The notes beneath the pieces are model-generated. The model was not told the origin of the DNA, searched no databases, and worked only from the letters and a program-made list of their open reading frames with translations. Of a DNA stretch of 64,000 bases, positions 12,968-28,654 are shown piece after piece (position 1 is the first letter of the stretch; the number at the start of each line of letters is the position of its first letter). The translations under genes and the position numbers were made by a program. Location of the stretch: assembly GCA_002269645.1 (NCBI GenBank), contig NIVC01000100.1, forward strand, positions 310,001 through 374,000. The letters run 5' to 3'. The DNA comes from Macrostomum lignano (Eukaryota).

Positions 12968-15900
12968 TGGCCCGCTCGGACTGCAAACTGGTTAGGACCT
13001 TGCGCTCACCTCCTGGGACCTTAGCCTAGCTGAGACATCCCGGAGCGCGACCGTCGTTTCTTGATCCCCGGATTGCGACTTCTCCCATCATCATCAAGGA
13101 GCGAACATCAAGCGAAGATCATCACCTGCTAGCTATCAGCGAAGACTGTGACGGCATCATCCCGAGTCTACAGCTACAGAGCATCAAGCCGATTCGGTCA
13201 CTGTGGATTACCTGGTCTCCGGCTGTTGAGTTTCTGATTGGTTGGGTGAGAGGCTACCTAGACTTGCTTGATTGGGTGATCCCCTATCTGTCCCCTGTTT
13301 CAGTAGCTGGATTAGGCGCACACTTTTGCTCATTTTGTTCAGTAGTGCTGTTGCTGAGGCAGAAATCACTTAGTAATACTACTAGTAGTCTGAAACTCCA
13401 ATTCAATCTGAGGTGTGAAGTGATCTAAGGAGAAGGTTAAATCTAACAGTTATTTTTATCGGTTTTGTTTCTTTGTTCGCCGATGGCTCAGATGAGTAGC
13501 TAAGCTAGTAGGCGCCGGTCACAGTGGACCAATGGCAAGGCGGTTCTCAGTCGATCAATCTATATATCAAACCAGTGAGCAAAACTGCCAGAAGTGCAGA
13601 ATCGGCGCCAGAGATGTACTTTGTGCACTCTAGGTTAGCCAAGCGGCTCGGGTAATGAATCATGCGGTCTCTGAAGTTCGAGTTAGTCTATCATCAGCGC
13701 TATGAGAGGCTAGTTGGCGCGTTGAAGGCCAAAAGAACATATCTTCGTATTTAGCAATGTAATAGTACATGTAGCTACCCCATAGACTCGCCACTGCAAG
13801 AATCCCCTGCACAAGTCCCCTCTGTACCTGCATGGCCAATGCGATCTAGTCCCAGCAGTGTCCCTTATCATCGGCTATGACTTCGAGATTGACAGCAAAA
13901 AGACACTAGTTGGCAGGTAAGTGCAAAGCCCCTTCTAGTCGGAAGCCCGATTTCGAGAGTCCCGGTGTGGTGAGCCAGGACGCACGGGCTGGTGGCAGCG
14001 AGTTAGCTTATTCTGCGGATTAGCTGATTTCTACCTTCAAAATTCTCCCTGCTTGTCTCTCGCTGTCCCTCTCTTAGCTATAGGACCTAGACTGCTCGCC
14101 ACACGATCAAGCTACCATGGGGCTGACCATCTGACAGGAGTGGGGGGCCAGGACTCTAATTGATTTATTTCTGAGGCCTGAGGCCCGAAGGCTTCCTCAC
14201 AAGGGGCCTGAAAGGTCGAAACCCATCAGTTCTTTGGAGGCGAGATGTCGCGGTGCCGAAGCGGCCCATCCACCTAGCGCACCAGGAATCTCGCAACCAG
14301 GCTCTCGACGCTACCTTCAGAGCTTTGCTGCGGTTTGCTCTCGGATCTCCGCTACCCTGAAAGGCTGTCAAACCGCGCGCTCGCTGATCGATCGCTCCGG
14401 CGTCCCGCCGTGAACTCCATCCTCAGAACGCGGAGACAGCGACTTCTCGGCCATGACGCAGTTATGGACGCAGGAAAATGAACCCCTTGCAGTCATCGTG
14501 CTCAATCCTCCTTGCGACCCATGTTCGGGTCTTTTTGAATGACTGGCTATGAAGAATCGGATCGTCGGGGACTTGCGCTCACTGAAACGCTTAGACCTTT
14601 TTTTTGCTAGTGATCGACTTTCAGGCCATCCACCTTGCTTGAGGCCACTTCCTGCCCCTCTGAGCTTTTTCGCGAGCGTGTATAAAGCGCTAAGCGTCTC
14701 TGACTCTTCAGCGTCTTTCTATCTACATGTATCTGAATTTCTGACTCTCTTTTCTGCTCTGCTCTTCTTGACTCTCTTTCTGACCACTCATCTTGACGCC
14801 GTTGCTGACGCTTTTCATGGTCGACGCTTTTCTAACACCCTTTCTTACGCTCACTCTGACGCCGATTTTGAAGCTTTTTGTCTCCTAAACTAGAGGCCGG
14901 GATATGCGTGCGATTAAGTTGTAATGATTGAAATAGCAATAGCCAGGAAGAAAGTGAAAAATGGTGCAAAGTTAGGCTGCTAAGCAGTCAAAAATTCAAT
15001 AAAAATAATTAGTTTTACTATTTTTTCGGAAGACCGGGTTTTAGATTGGCATCGTGATCCAAAGGCCCGTTGAGAAAGTTATAACTAAGTACTATAACAA
15101 ACTTTGCTTTTAGACAGATACATGTATTTGATTTTTTAAACTTTAACGTCATAATCAGCGCGCTGTTGCTGTTTTTTAGTAGTATATAAAATAATATTTT
15201 ATTTTATTTTTAAGCACGAGGGATAAATGGTTTTGTTTTAAAACAAAAAATCTGCGGAAATTTTCTCATATGCGCTTGATGTCATGTCGATGCTACGCTA
15301 CTTGGGAGATTTTGTTGGGTAGGTGAATTAGCTGAAGTGAAAGCGTGACATCTAAACATCAGTCTTTGTTGCAGTGACATAGGGAAGGCGATTAACCCAT
15401 ATAGGGCTTATTAGTGAGTTTTAATCTCTCTAGTCTTATGCCATGGCTTTCCATTTATTATTTTATATAATTCTTCGGCTAGGTGAAAGTGAAACTGGAA
15501 CGGAAGTAAAAATCTTGAAAATAATCTGATGATTCATGATTGTTAGACCTATCTCTAGATGCTTGTTTAATGCTTAAAACTTGCATATTTTTTTGATCAA
15601 ATGATGGCCTCATGAGGTAGGAATTGGACGATATTTTCGAGACTTCTTTCCTATATACTAAAATTGAGATCTATGTATGTGTAGGCCTAGGCTATGCTTT
15701 CGAAATATAGGCTTTTCATATTACCGATTCTGAGAATCGGTTTGAAGCTTCTCATATTGTCCATTCTATTTTCAGAATTGGTTCCAGAACCATGTTATGG
15801 TTTGGAAAGCTTTTTTGATATGTATCAAAAAATTAATTCTTTTTCAGTAGCTAAGCTACATATATAATTGGGGCTGCACTTTAAGATTTCGTGTTAAATT

Positions 15901-16759
15901 TCAAATTAAAAAACTCGAACTTTTTGATTGATCAATATTTTCATCTGATCAATAATTATATACATAGTAGGGCCTAGGGCCTAGCCTAGCCATGCCTATA
16001 TGCTCCAATATTGCCTATGCATATATTAGAGGTCAGACGGGATTGAAATCTTTGGGCAGGATCGGGAATAATTTTTTTCTCGGGATTGGGATCGGGATCA
16101 GGATTCGGGAATCGGGATCAAGTCTTTTAGTGTATTGTAGCTTGTAGGTCCATATAAAGTTAAACAAAATTGAGCTAAAAATATCAAGATCAAAAAGTAG
16201 AATACAACAAAATTGATGCAAAGTTTTGTAACCAACAAATTAATAATGTAATGAGTACAAGGTAAAACAAAATACATTCAAGTAATCACTAATTCTATAA
16301 ATTTTTAAACAAAAGACCTGTTCCTGTTTCTCATTTTTTTAGGTTCGGGATTCTAGTCTTATGGGAATCCAATTTTCCTTGGGATCCCAAGATTTTGGGA
16401 TCGGGATTGGGATCCCGTCCGACCTCTAGCATATATTGCCTATGCCTATATGGCCACTCATTGTGTCTCTAGGCCCCTAAATGTGAGCCCATTCAATATT
16501 AACAACATGGCCACCTACCATGTCTCTGAGTGTGAACCCATTCAATATTAACAACACAGCTGCCATGCAAGTTTCATTGACATGGTGGCCATGTCTATAA
16601 GTATGGACCTAGTCACTATTAGAAACATGGCCATAGTGTCTATAATGGCAGTGCTTATCCCCACGGTACCGTAGGAATAATTTCTGTCTTATTCCAACCA
16701 TGCTTGGGCGCAACCTTGGGATTCACTCGGCCATTTCTATTGGCAACATACACATGTAA
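12968..16759 (+). repeat. Tandem segmental duplication, copy 1 (~3.8 kb)
   Basis: Near-identical to 16787-20579 (offset 3819-3821; e.g. ORFs 13246/17065 and 16033/19853 identical). Confidence 0.97.
16027..16428. mobile_element. hAT-type MITE (402 bp)
   Basis: 17-bp TIR TAGAGGTCAGACGGGAT / ATCCCGTCCGACCTCTA (1 mismatch); 8-bp TSD GCATATAT; subterminal GGGATC repeats. Confidence 0.88.
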
Positions 16760-16786
16760 CACAATGTAACACATGCAACATACACA

Positions 16787-19700
16787 TGGCCCGCTCGGAC
16801 TGCAAACTGGTTAGGACCTTGCGCTCACCTCCTGGGACCTTAGCCTAGCTGAGACATCCCGGAGCGCGACCGTCGTTTCTTGATCCCCGGATTGCGACTT
16901 CTCCCATCATCATCAAGGAGCGAACATCAAGCGAAGATCATCACCTGCTAGCTATCAGCGAAGACTGTGACGGCATCATCCCGAGTCTACAGCTACAGAG
17001 CATCAAGCCGATTCGGTCACTGTGGATTACCTGGTCTCCGGCTGTTGAGTTTCTGATTGGTTGGGTGAGAGGCTACCTAGACTTGCTTGATTGGGTGATC
17101 CCCTATCTGTCCCCTGTTTCAGTAGCTGGATTAGGCGCACACTTTTGCTCATTTTGTTCAGTAGTGCTGTTGCTGAGGCAGAAATCACTTAGTAATACTA
17201 CTAGTAGTCTGAAACTCCAATTCAATCTGAGGTGTGAAGTGATCTAAGGAGAAGGTTAAATCTAACAGTTATTTTTATCGGTTTTGTTTCTTTGTTCGCC
17301 GATGGCTCAGATGAGTAGCTAAGCTAGTAGGCGCCGGTCACAGTGGACCAATGGCAAGGCGGTTCTCAGTCGATCAATCTATATATCAAACCAGTGAGCA
17401 AAACTGCCAGAAGTGCAGAATCGGCGCCAGAGATGTACTTTGTGCACTCTAGGTTAGCCAAGCGGCTCGGGTAATGAATCATGCGGTCTCTGAAGTTCGA
17501 GTTAGTCTATCATCAGCGCTATGAGAGGCTAGTTGGCGCGTTGAAGGCCAAAAGAACATATCTTCGTATTTAGCAATGTAATAGTACATGTAGCTACCCC
17601 ATAGACTCGCCACTGCAAGAATCCCCTGCACAAGTCCCCTCTGTACCTGCATGGCCAATGCGATCTAGTCCCAGCAGTGTCCCTTATCATCGGCTATGAC
17701 TTCGAGATTGACAGCAAAAAGACACTAGTTGGCAGGTAAGTGCAAAGCCCCTTCTAGTCGGAAGCCCGATTTCGAGAGTCCCGGTGTGGTGAGCCAGGAC
17801 GCACGGGCTGGTATGGCAGCGAGTTAGCTTATTCTGCGGATTAGCTGATTTCTACCTTCAAAATTCTCCCTGCTTGTCTCTCGCTGTCCCTCTCTTAGCT
17901 ATAGGACCTAGACTGCTCGCCACACGATCAAGCTACCATGGGGCTGACCATCTGACAGGAGTGGGGGGCCAGGACTCTAATTGATTTATTTCTGAGGCCT
18001 GAGGCCCGAAGGCTTCCTCACAAGGGGCCTGAAAGGTCGAAACCCATCAGTTCTTTGGAGGCGAGATGTCGCGGTGCCGAAGCGGCCCATCCACCTAGCG
18101 CACCAGGAATCTCGCAACCAGGCTCTCGACGCTACCTTCAGAGCTTTGCTGCGGTTTGCTCTCGGATCTCCGCTACCCTGAAAGGCTGTCAAACCGCGCG
18201 CTCGCTGATCGATCGCTCCGGCGTCCCGCCGTGAACTCCATCCTCAGAACGCGGAGACAGCGACTTCTCGGCCATGACGCAGTTATGGACGCAGGAAAAT
18301 GAACCCCTTGCAGTCATCGTGCTCAATCCTCCTTGCGACCCATGTTCGGGTCTTTTTGAATGACTGGCTATGAAGAATCGGATCGTCGGGGACTTGCGCT
18401 CACTGAAACGCTTAGACCTTTTTTTGCTAGTGATCGACTTTCAGGCCATCCACCTTGCTTGAGGCCACTTCCTGCCCCTCTGAGCTTTTTCGCGAGCGTG
18501 TATAAAGCGCTAAGCGTCTCTGACTCTTCAGCGTCTTTCTATCTACATGTATCTGAATTTCTGACTCTCTTTTCTGCTCTGCTCTTCTTGACTCTCTTTC
18601 TGACCACTCATCTTGACGCCGTTGCTGACGCTTTTCATGGTCGACGCTTTTCTAACACCCTTTCTTACGCTCACTCTGACGCCGATTTTGAAGCTTTTTG
18701 TCTCCTAAACTAGAGGCCGGGATATGCGTGCGATTAAGTTGTAATGATTGAAATAGCAATAGCCAGGAAGAAAGTGAAAAATGGTGCAAAGTTAGGCTGC
18801 TAAGCAGTCAAAAATTCAATAAAAATAATTAGTTTTACTATTTTTTCGGAAGACCGGGTTTTAGATTGGCATCGTGATCCAAAGGCCCGTTGAGAAAGTT
18901 ATAACTAAGTACTATAACAAACTTTGCTTTTAGACAGATACATGTATTTGATTTTTTAAACTTTAACGTCATAATCAGCGCGCTGTTGCTGTTTTTTAGT
19001 AGTATATAAAATAATATTTTATTTTATTTTTAAGCACGAGGGATAAATGGTTTTGTTTTAAAACAAAAAATCTGCGGAAATTTTCTCATATGCGCTTGAT
19101 GTCATGTCGATGCTACGCTACTTGGGAGATTTTGTTGGGTAGGTGAATTAGCTGAAGTGAAAGCGTGACATCTAAACATCAGTCTTTGTTGCAGTGACAT
19201 AGGGAAGGCGATTAACCCATATAGGGCTTATTAGTGAGTTTTAATCTCTCTAGTCTTATGCCATGGCTTTCCATTTATTATTTTATATAATTCTTCGGCT
19301 AGGTGAAAGTGAAACTGGAACGGAAGTAAAAATCTTGAAAATAATCTGATGATTCATGATTGTTAGACCTATCTCTAGATGCTTGTTTAATGCTTAAAAC
19401 TTGCATATTTTTTTGATCAAATGATGGCCTCATGAGGTAGGAATTGGACGATATTTTCGAGACTTCTTTCCTATATACTAAAATTGAGATCTATGTATGT
19501 GTAGGCCTAGGCTATGCTTTCGAAATATAGGCTTTTCATATTACCGATTCTGAGAATCGGTTTGAAGCTTCTCATATTGTCCATTCTATTTTCAGAATTG
19601 GTTCCAGAACCATGTTATGGTTTGGAAAGCTTTTTTGATATGTATCAAAAAATTAATTCTTTTTCAGTAGCTAAGCTACATATATAATTGGGGCTGCACT

Positions 19701-20579
19701 TTAAGATTTCGTGTTAAATTTCAAATTAAAAAACTCGAACTTTTTGATTGATCAATATTTTCATCTGATCAATAATTATATACATAGTAGGGCCTAGGGC
19801 CTAGCCTAGCCATGCCTATATGCTCCAATATTGCCTATGCATATATTAGAGGTCAGACGGGATTGAAATCTTTGGGCAGGATCGGGAATAATTTTTTTCT
19901 CGGGATTGGGATCGGGATCAGGATTCGGGAATCGGGATCAAGTCTTTTAGTGTATTGTAGCTTGTAGGTCCATATAAAGTTAAACAAAATTGAGCTAAAA
20001 ATATCAAGATCAAAAAGTAGAATACAACAAAATTGATGCAAAGTTTTGTAACCAACAAATTAATAATGTAATGAGTACAAGGTAAAACAAAATACATTCA
20101 AGTAATCACTAATTCTATAAATTTTTAAACAAAAGACCTGTTCCTGTTTCTCATTTTTTTAGGTTCGGGATTCTAGTCTTATGGGAATCCAATTTTCCTT
20201 GGGATCCCAAGATTTTGGGATCGGGATTGGGATCCCGTCCGACCTCTAGCATATATTGCCTATGCCTATATGGCCACTCATTGTGTCTCTAGGCCCCTAA
20301 ATGTGAGCCCATTCAATATTAACAACATGGCCACCTACCATGTCTCTGAGTGTGAACCCATTCAATATTAACAACACAGCTGCCATGCAAGTTTCATTGA
20401 CATGGTGGCCATGTCTATAAGTATGGACCTAGTCACTATTAGAAACATGGCCATAGTGTCTATAATGGCAGTGCTTATCCCCACGGTACCGTAGGAATAA
20501 TTTCTGTCTTATTCCAACCATGCTTGGGCGCAACCTTGGGATTCACTCGGCCGTTTCTATTGGCAACATACACATGTAA
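16787..20579 (+). repeat. Tandem segmental duplication, copy 2
   Basis: See copy 1; differs by a few SNPs and small indels. Confidence 0.97.
19847..20248. mobile_element. hAT-type MITE, duplicated copy
   Basis: Same TIRs and GCATATAT TSD as 16027-16428. Confidence 0.88.
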
Positions 20580-21492
20580 GTCGCTATTGGATGGAATAGT
20601 AGTCACGTGACTGCCCTCAGCCAATAGCGACTTACATTTGTGTGTTGCCAATAGAAACGGCTGGGTGATTCCCAAAGTTGCGCATGTATGATTCCAACGG
20701 TACCGTGCGAATAATTTTCTGCTTATCCGCATGGCACACTGACAAGATAGCTGCCCTATCTTCTACATATGCCGTGCGAATAATTTTCTGCTTATCTGCA
20801 TGGCACACTGACGAGATAGCTGCCCTATCTTCTACATATGCCGTGCGAATAATTTTCTGCTTATCCGCACGGCACATTGACGAGATAGCTGCCCTACACG
20901 TCCTCCTGCCCTACAGTAGTAAAATTCTACGGAAGCGGCAATGGACTATATAAATCACGGCGAGATCAGATTAGACTTTGCTAAAAATTTAAATAATAAA
21001 CAATTCTTAGAGTTAATTTAATTTAAATCATTTGTTACTACACAAAAAAATTCTTTCTCATAGAAAAGTCGTTAAATCTTTATTTCTTTAGAACAAATGT
21101 TCAAGCCAAGTTATGTTGTTATACTGCACTCAAATCGTATGTACTAAACTTCCCACACGGCATATGTAGAAGATAGGGCAGCTATCTCGTCAGTGTGCCA
21201 TGCGGATAAGCAGAAAATTATTCGCATGGCATATGTAGAAGATAGGGCAGCTATCTCGTCAGTGTGCCGTGCGGATAAGTAGAAAATTATTTGCACGGCA
21301 TATGTAGAAGATAGGGCAGCTATCTCGTCAGTGTGCCATGCGGATAAGTAGAAAATTATTCGCATGGCATATGTAGAAGATAGGGCAGCTATCTCGTCAG
21401 TGTGCCGTGCGGATAAGCAGAAAATTATTCGCACGGTACCGTTGGAATAAGACAGAAATTATTCCTACGGTACCGTGGGGATAAGCACTGCC
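20467..21492. mobile_element. Mutator-like foldback non-autonomous element (1026 bp)
   Basis: ~50-bp TIR starting GGCAGTGCTTATCCCCACGG; 9-bp TSD GTCTATAAT; inverted arrays of a 69-bp unit in both arms. Confidence 0.85.
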
Positions 21493-22363
21493 GTCTATAA
21501 TTTTATGCATTATAGACACGGTTGCCATGTCTCTAAGTGTGGTGTAATCCTAGGATCCTAGACTAATGTTTAGGGCTTTTTCTAGGATCCTAGTATTCTA
21601 AGATTCATAGAGTCAAGGTTAATCAATCTTAAAAAGCTAATGCCTTTGACTTGGACTTTGTAAAATCTTTAATGTTATAGAGTCTTGTTTAAATAATTTA
21701 ACATTGATTTTAAATTTTGAACTAATCAATGCATATTGTGACAACCTAACAATGTGAATGCCCATGCCCCATTGCCTAGGCAATAGAGGATTGTAAATAT
21801 AATATATATGCTATAATATGCATTCATATTGCTTTGTATAATAATCAATCATGACAATAATATATAATATATAGGCCTATTAAATAATCTAATATATGTT
21901 ATGTAAAATATGAATTACCAGACTAGCATTATCCTTTTAGCTCCTATTATAAGTGTATATGTTATAAAATATCATTTGTAGCATTGTTATAACATTATAA
22001 CAATGTTTCAAGAAGGATAGCACTAGAAAATATCAATCTTAGGATCTTGGGATTGATAGAATATGGGATTTTGTGACCCCTAAAGCAAAGTGCAAAATTT
22101 TTCACCAAAGCTTAGATCAATTTTAATAAATTATTTCCCAAAATAGTTAGCTTTAGACAAAATGGTAATTGCAGAAGTATTATTTGCCATCATTGACTTT
22201 CATCTTTCATTGAAAATTCCTTTGCCAAAGTGGGTTGAAACCCTAGGATATTTTTGTTTTTTTTGTTCATTCAATTTAGGTCTTATAAAATTATTATTAT
22301 TAGTGATTGCTTTTATTATAATTATTAAACTACTGTAACATTTTTTCAGGTATACAACACAAA

Positions 22364-22593
22364 ATGTTGGCAAAAACTAGTAGGCCTAATCATTTTTGGA
22401 GCTGGACTATGCTGATTTTTAGCTGCATATTGTGTACAAGGGCAAGTTCAATATGCTCTAAATTCTCTCTTGTTATTCACAATGGTCATTGTGCCAATTT
22501 GAGCTCTACATTGCCTTATTTTGTCAATTTCTGCTCTTCTCACAATGGAACTATGGATGAGAGGTGCTGTTTAAATGCTGACTCTCTTGTAGG
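22364..22593 (+). CDS. ATRAID: ATRAID/APR3 coding exon 1 (signal-peptide-like segment + Cys-rich region)
   Basis: ...ERCCLNADSLVG splices (GG|gtaagt, phase 2) to A-CTC-GAT-TTG, giving RCCLNADSLVGLDLSSCNL, which matches ATRAID RCCLNQKGTILGLDLQNCSL. Confidence 0.85.
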
Positions 22594-23020
22594 GTAAGTA
22601 GTTTTCTATTTTTTAGCTCAGTAGTTTATTTGTTTATTTTTCCAAATTGGTCATAATATTGTTCATGGAATTTTTTATGTTAAATTATTTGACTGTTTGA
22701 GAGTGAATTCATTAGAGAAGTGATTAGGGTAGGTATTAGTAATAGAAGTGAATGGGATAATTATTGGTCATAAAAGTGATTAGGGTAATTTTTTGTTAGT
22801 TATAAAGGTGATTGGGTAATTATAGGTTATGGAAATGATTCTGGTAAATATTGATCATAAAAGTGATAATACTAACTATGGGTCATAGAATTGATTGGGA
22901 AATTATTGGTCATAGAAGTAATTAGGCAATTATTGGTCGTAGAAGTGATTGGGAAATTGGGTAATTATTAGCCATATAAGTGATCGGGTAATTATTGGTC
23001 ATGAAGGGACTGGGTAATTA

Positions 23021-24967
<1,947 letters not shown>

Positions 24968-25151
24968 TTGGTCATAGAAGGGACTGGGTAATTATTGGTC
25001 ATAGAAGTGATCGGGTAATTATTGGTTATATAAGGGACTGGGTAATTATTGGTCATAGAAGAGAAATATGAGTGAATTGTGAAAGAATTTTATTTCTTGA
25101 AAGTTGTCTGATAATTATAAATACATAAAAGCTTTCTGATGATCACCACAG

Positions 25152-25722
25152 ACTCGATTTGTCATCCTGCAATCTGCAAAACTTCACATCCGCTACCATA
25201 TCTGGCCAGAATTCCAATCTAACAGTTAATATTGTTCTCCTAGCATTGGCTCCTAATAATCCGAAATTGAAGCTGCCATCTCCGGAAGCATTCATTGGCC
25301 AAATTAATTTGCAACAATTATTAATGCCAAAATTAATTGGCTGTCCGACTGGCTGGAGTGAGCAAACTACTAGCATAGCCTTTGACAATGATTTTGATGC
25401 AATGAACAATGATACTGAAGAGTTCATCAGGTGTCTATCGCCGCCAAATCCTTGCCTATCAGACGACGCCTGTCCAGTTAATACTAGTTCTCAGTGTACT
25501 TTAACTGGCCCGGGTCTGTTTGCCTGTCCATGCCAATCGGGCTGGACTGGTTACAAGTGTCTGCGAAGTAGTCAGCCGTTTCCTTATCCAATATTTGGCA
25601 TCGGATGGGCTGGCAGCGCCCTGGCTGCCTGTCTGATTGGTTGGCTACTGGAGCGACGCGGCATTGTTAAGGTCAACAGTGCTAGGATGGTAGCTACCGT
25701 GCAAGACGATCATAGCGATTAA
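25152..25722 (+). CDS. ATRAID: ATRAID/APR3 coding exon 2 (EGF-like domain, TM helix, short tail); spliced protein 266 aa
   Basis: CPVNTSSQCTLTGPGLFACPCQSGWTGYKCLR resembles ATRAID CPENGSCVPDGPGLLQCVCADGFHGYKCMR; TM PIFGIGWAGSALAACLIGWLL; acceptor CACAG at 25151. Confidence 0.88.
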
Positions 25723-26469
25723 CCAAGGACTACTCAAATACAAGGACGGGAAATTAACATAGAGTCCTAATTTTCTGAACGAAAAGCCTTAGGAATATCA
25801 ATAGAGCTAAAGGAAAGGCAAAATGTATCAAAAAATAAACACTGGATCTGCCTCCTATCTAAAGCAAAAACAATATTTGTGCTTAAAAATGAAATCCTCT
25901 TAAAATGTTCCAAGAAACGAGATTTCCCGACCTACATAAGTAGTCCTTGAGCAATTAAGTTTAGATGAAGTTTTATTGTTACATTTCTTTAGAAAGTTGA
26001 ACTTGCAAGAGGAATTTTATCCTTCAGTATATGAAAACCATTTTACGTCATTTATTAAAATCAATATTATCCTGGTCGATTTGTTCCAATTTTAATTCGC
26101 GTCCTTTATTGATTGCTTGCAACCTGTACTTTTAAATGCAAACTTTTCATTGCTTGTACAAGTGAATGAATCTTTTAAACAAAGATTGAGATTGTACACA
26201 GTGCGTTGAGTTTTATTTATTTTTTGCGATTTTACTTGTATGTTGGGTGAGTGAAAGTATTACATATGTATAAATGAATGCGTTAAAATATATCAACAAA
26301 TACCTGCTTATATTAATCAGTGTATTTTCTTGTTAATTATTTTTTTTAAATGAGCATAGCTAAATTTCTAGGTCATTGTATAGGGCTGAGATAAGGATAT
26401 GCTCGTGGGTGACAGTTTGAGCGAATTGAGATTGAATCGTTCTTTCGAGGGAGGTAATAGATAGGGAAG

Positions 26470-27440
26470 GAAGGTGAGAGAAGGAAAGGTGAGAGGATGG
26501 AAGGTGAGAGGAGGAAAGGTGAGATGAGGAAAGGTGAGAGGATGGAAGGTGAGAGAAGGAAAGGTGAGAGGATGGAAGGTGAGAGGAGGAAAGGTGAGAG
26601 GAGGAAAGGTGAGAGGATGGAAGGTGAGAGGAGGAAAGGTGAGAGGATGGAAGGTGAGAGGATGGAAGGTGAGAGGAGGAAAGGTGAGATGAGGAAAGGT
26701 GAGAGGAGGAAAGGTGAGATGAGGAAAGGTGAGAGGATGGAAGGTGAGAGAAGGAAAGGTGAGAGGATGGAAGGTGAGAGAAGGAAAGGTGAGAGGATGG
26801 AAGGTGAGAGAAGGAAAGGTGAGAGGATGGAAGGTGAGAGGAGGAAAGGTGAGATGAGGAAAGGTGAGAGGATGGAAGGTGAGAGAAGGAAAGGTGAGAG
26901 GATGGAAGGTGAGAGAAGGAAAGGTGAGAGGAGGAAAGGTGAGAGGAGGAAAGGTGAGAGGATGGAAGGTGAGAGGAGGAAAGGTGAGAGGAGGAAAGGT
27001 GAGATGAGGAAAGGTGAGAGGATGGAAGGTGAGAGAAGGAAAGGTGAGAGGATGGAAGGTGAGAGAAGGAAAGGTGAGAGGATGGAAGGTGAGAGGAGGA
27101 AAGGTGAGATGAGGAAAGGTGGGAGGATGGAAGGTGAGAGGAGGAAAGGTGAGATGAGGAAAGGTGAGAGGATGGAAGGTGAGAGAAGGAAAGGTGAGAG
27201 GATGGAAGGTGAGAGAAGGAAAGGTGAGAGGATTGAAGGTGAGAGGAGGAAAGGTAAGATGAGGAAAGGTGAGAGGATGGAAGGTGAGAGAAGGAAAGGT
27301 GAGAGGATGGAAGGTGAGAGAAGGAAAGGTGAGAGGAGGAAAGGTGAGAGGATGGAAGGTGAGAGGAGGAAAGGTGAGAGGATGGAAGGTGAGAGGATGG
27401 AAGGTGAGAGGAGGAAAGGTGAGAGGAGGTAAGGTGAGGA
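26470..27440. repeat. 15-bp purine-rich minisatellite (AGGTGAGAGGATGGA / AGGTGAGAGGAGGAA)
   Basis: About 65 units; source of the repetitive ORFs. Confidence 0.97.
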
Positions 27441-28361
27441 AGGTTGAATGTTGACAATGGAGGGAAAGTGAGACTGAGAGAGGGAGGGAGAGAGAAGACG
27501 GAATGCCGAGGAATGTAGTTGGTAAAAAAACGAGGCAAAAATAGATAGCTTAGAATGTTCCAAAGCCACGTAGCTCGTAGAGAGTGCCAAAGCAAAGTTT
27601 GGAAATGGTAGAAAAATATCGAAGTCGAAGCCGAGCGAAGTCAGAATGGGTCAAAGTTCAATTAGATTAGATATTTCCAGTAGGTGAGGGCGTTAAAAGC
27701 CTTAAGTCTGAACTGGGTGCGATTAATATTCATGCATAGCTATGGAGGTATAAAGGTCTGACGGTGAAAGTGTTGGACAGTGCTGGATACTTGTCAAAGT
27801 TCAGTAGAGAAGATCATATTGCTCACGCATTTGCCGCTAGACTCTCCACTAGGAGTATTTAATCTATCCTTATCTGAAAAGTCCTTTTAAATAAGCTAAT
27901 AGATAATTATTTTTCTTTTTTTATTTCTCTTATCGAAGTCAAATATTAACAAACATATAAAAGTTCAAGATCACGTGGCAATCTATTTATCTGGCAAACC
28001 TTACAATGAGTCAGCGGTTAGATTCAGACGCGGGCATACATACATACGGAGAGAGAGAGAAAGGTAAAGAAATGAATTGACAGATTTAGAAATAGTGACT
28101 GTGCTTTAGTGTTAGTAGCTCGCTCTGTCTGTGTGTGTATTGGGCCAACCAGTACTAACCGGGTTACAATTTTAGAAGCCGCATTATACGTACGTGCGAG
28201 CTTCAGTGAGTTGCTGCATTGTAAGCATTGGCACTGTGTCATGGAGATCTAGAACCATAGAATCTGGAATTGGAATTCCAACTCTTGGCCCACCTTCCTA
28301 CTCGTATGCTATGTACGAGTATTAAGGAATGTTGAGGCTACAAGCGAACAATATTTGAAGT

Positions 28362-28654
28362 CAGGGAACGGCAAACTCCGACCCACAAGCCATATGCGGC
28401 CCGAGAAGCCCCTCTATCCGGCCCTCGGGTCCTTGGAAACTTCACAAAATAGCAATCTGGCCCGCTCACGGAATCTCTTTTCAGCTCTCTTCTCCCCTCT
28501 CCCTCTCCTTTCCCTCTCCTCGCCGTCATTCCTCTTCTCGCCTTTCCTCTCTTCTCTCATCTCTCATCTTCCATTTTTTCTCCTTTCCACTCTCATCTGA
28601 CCTGCAGCCATGAGCTGGATTCTGGATCTGGGAAATTTTTTTTGCCAATCCCTG
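28362..28654. mobile_element. hAT-type MITE (293 bp)
   Basis: TIR CAGGGAACGGCAAA / TTTGCCAATCCCTG (12/14); 8-bp TSD TTTGAAGT / TTTGAAGG; internal CGGCCC motifs. Confidence 0.72.

Noticed and set aside
12718-13448. Solo LTR call around the CCAAT/TATA module
   Set aside because: No matching TG...CA inverted ends with a TSD could be established.
25724-25949. Imperfect ~28-bp inverted repeat just after the ATRAID stop (possible MITE)
   Set aside because: Several mismatches and no TSD found, so not called.
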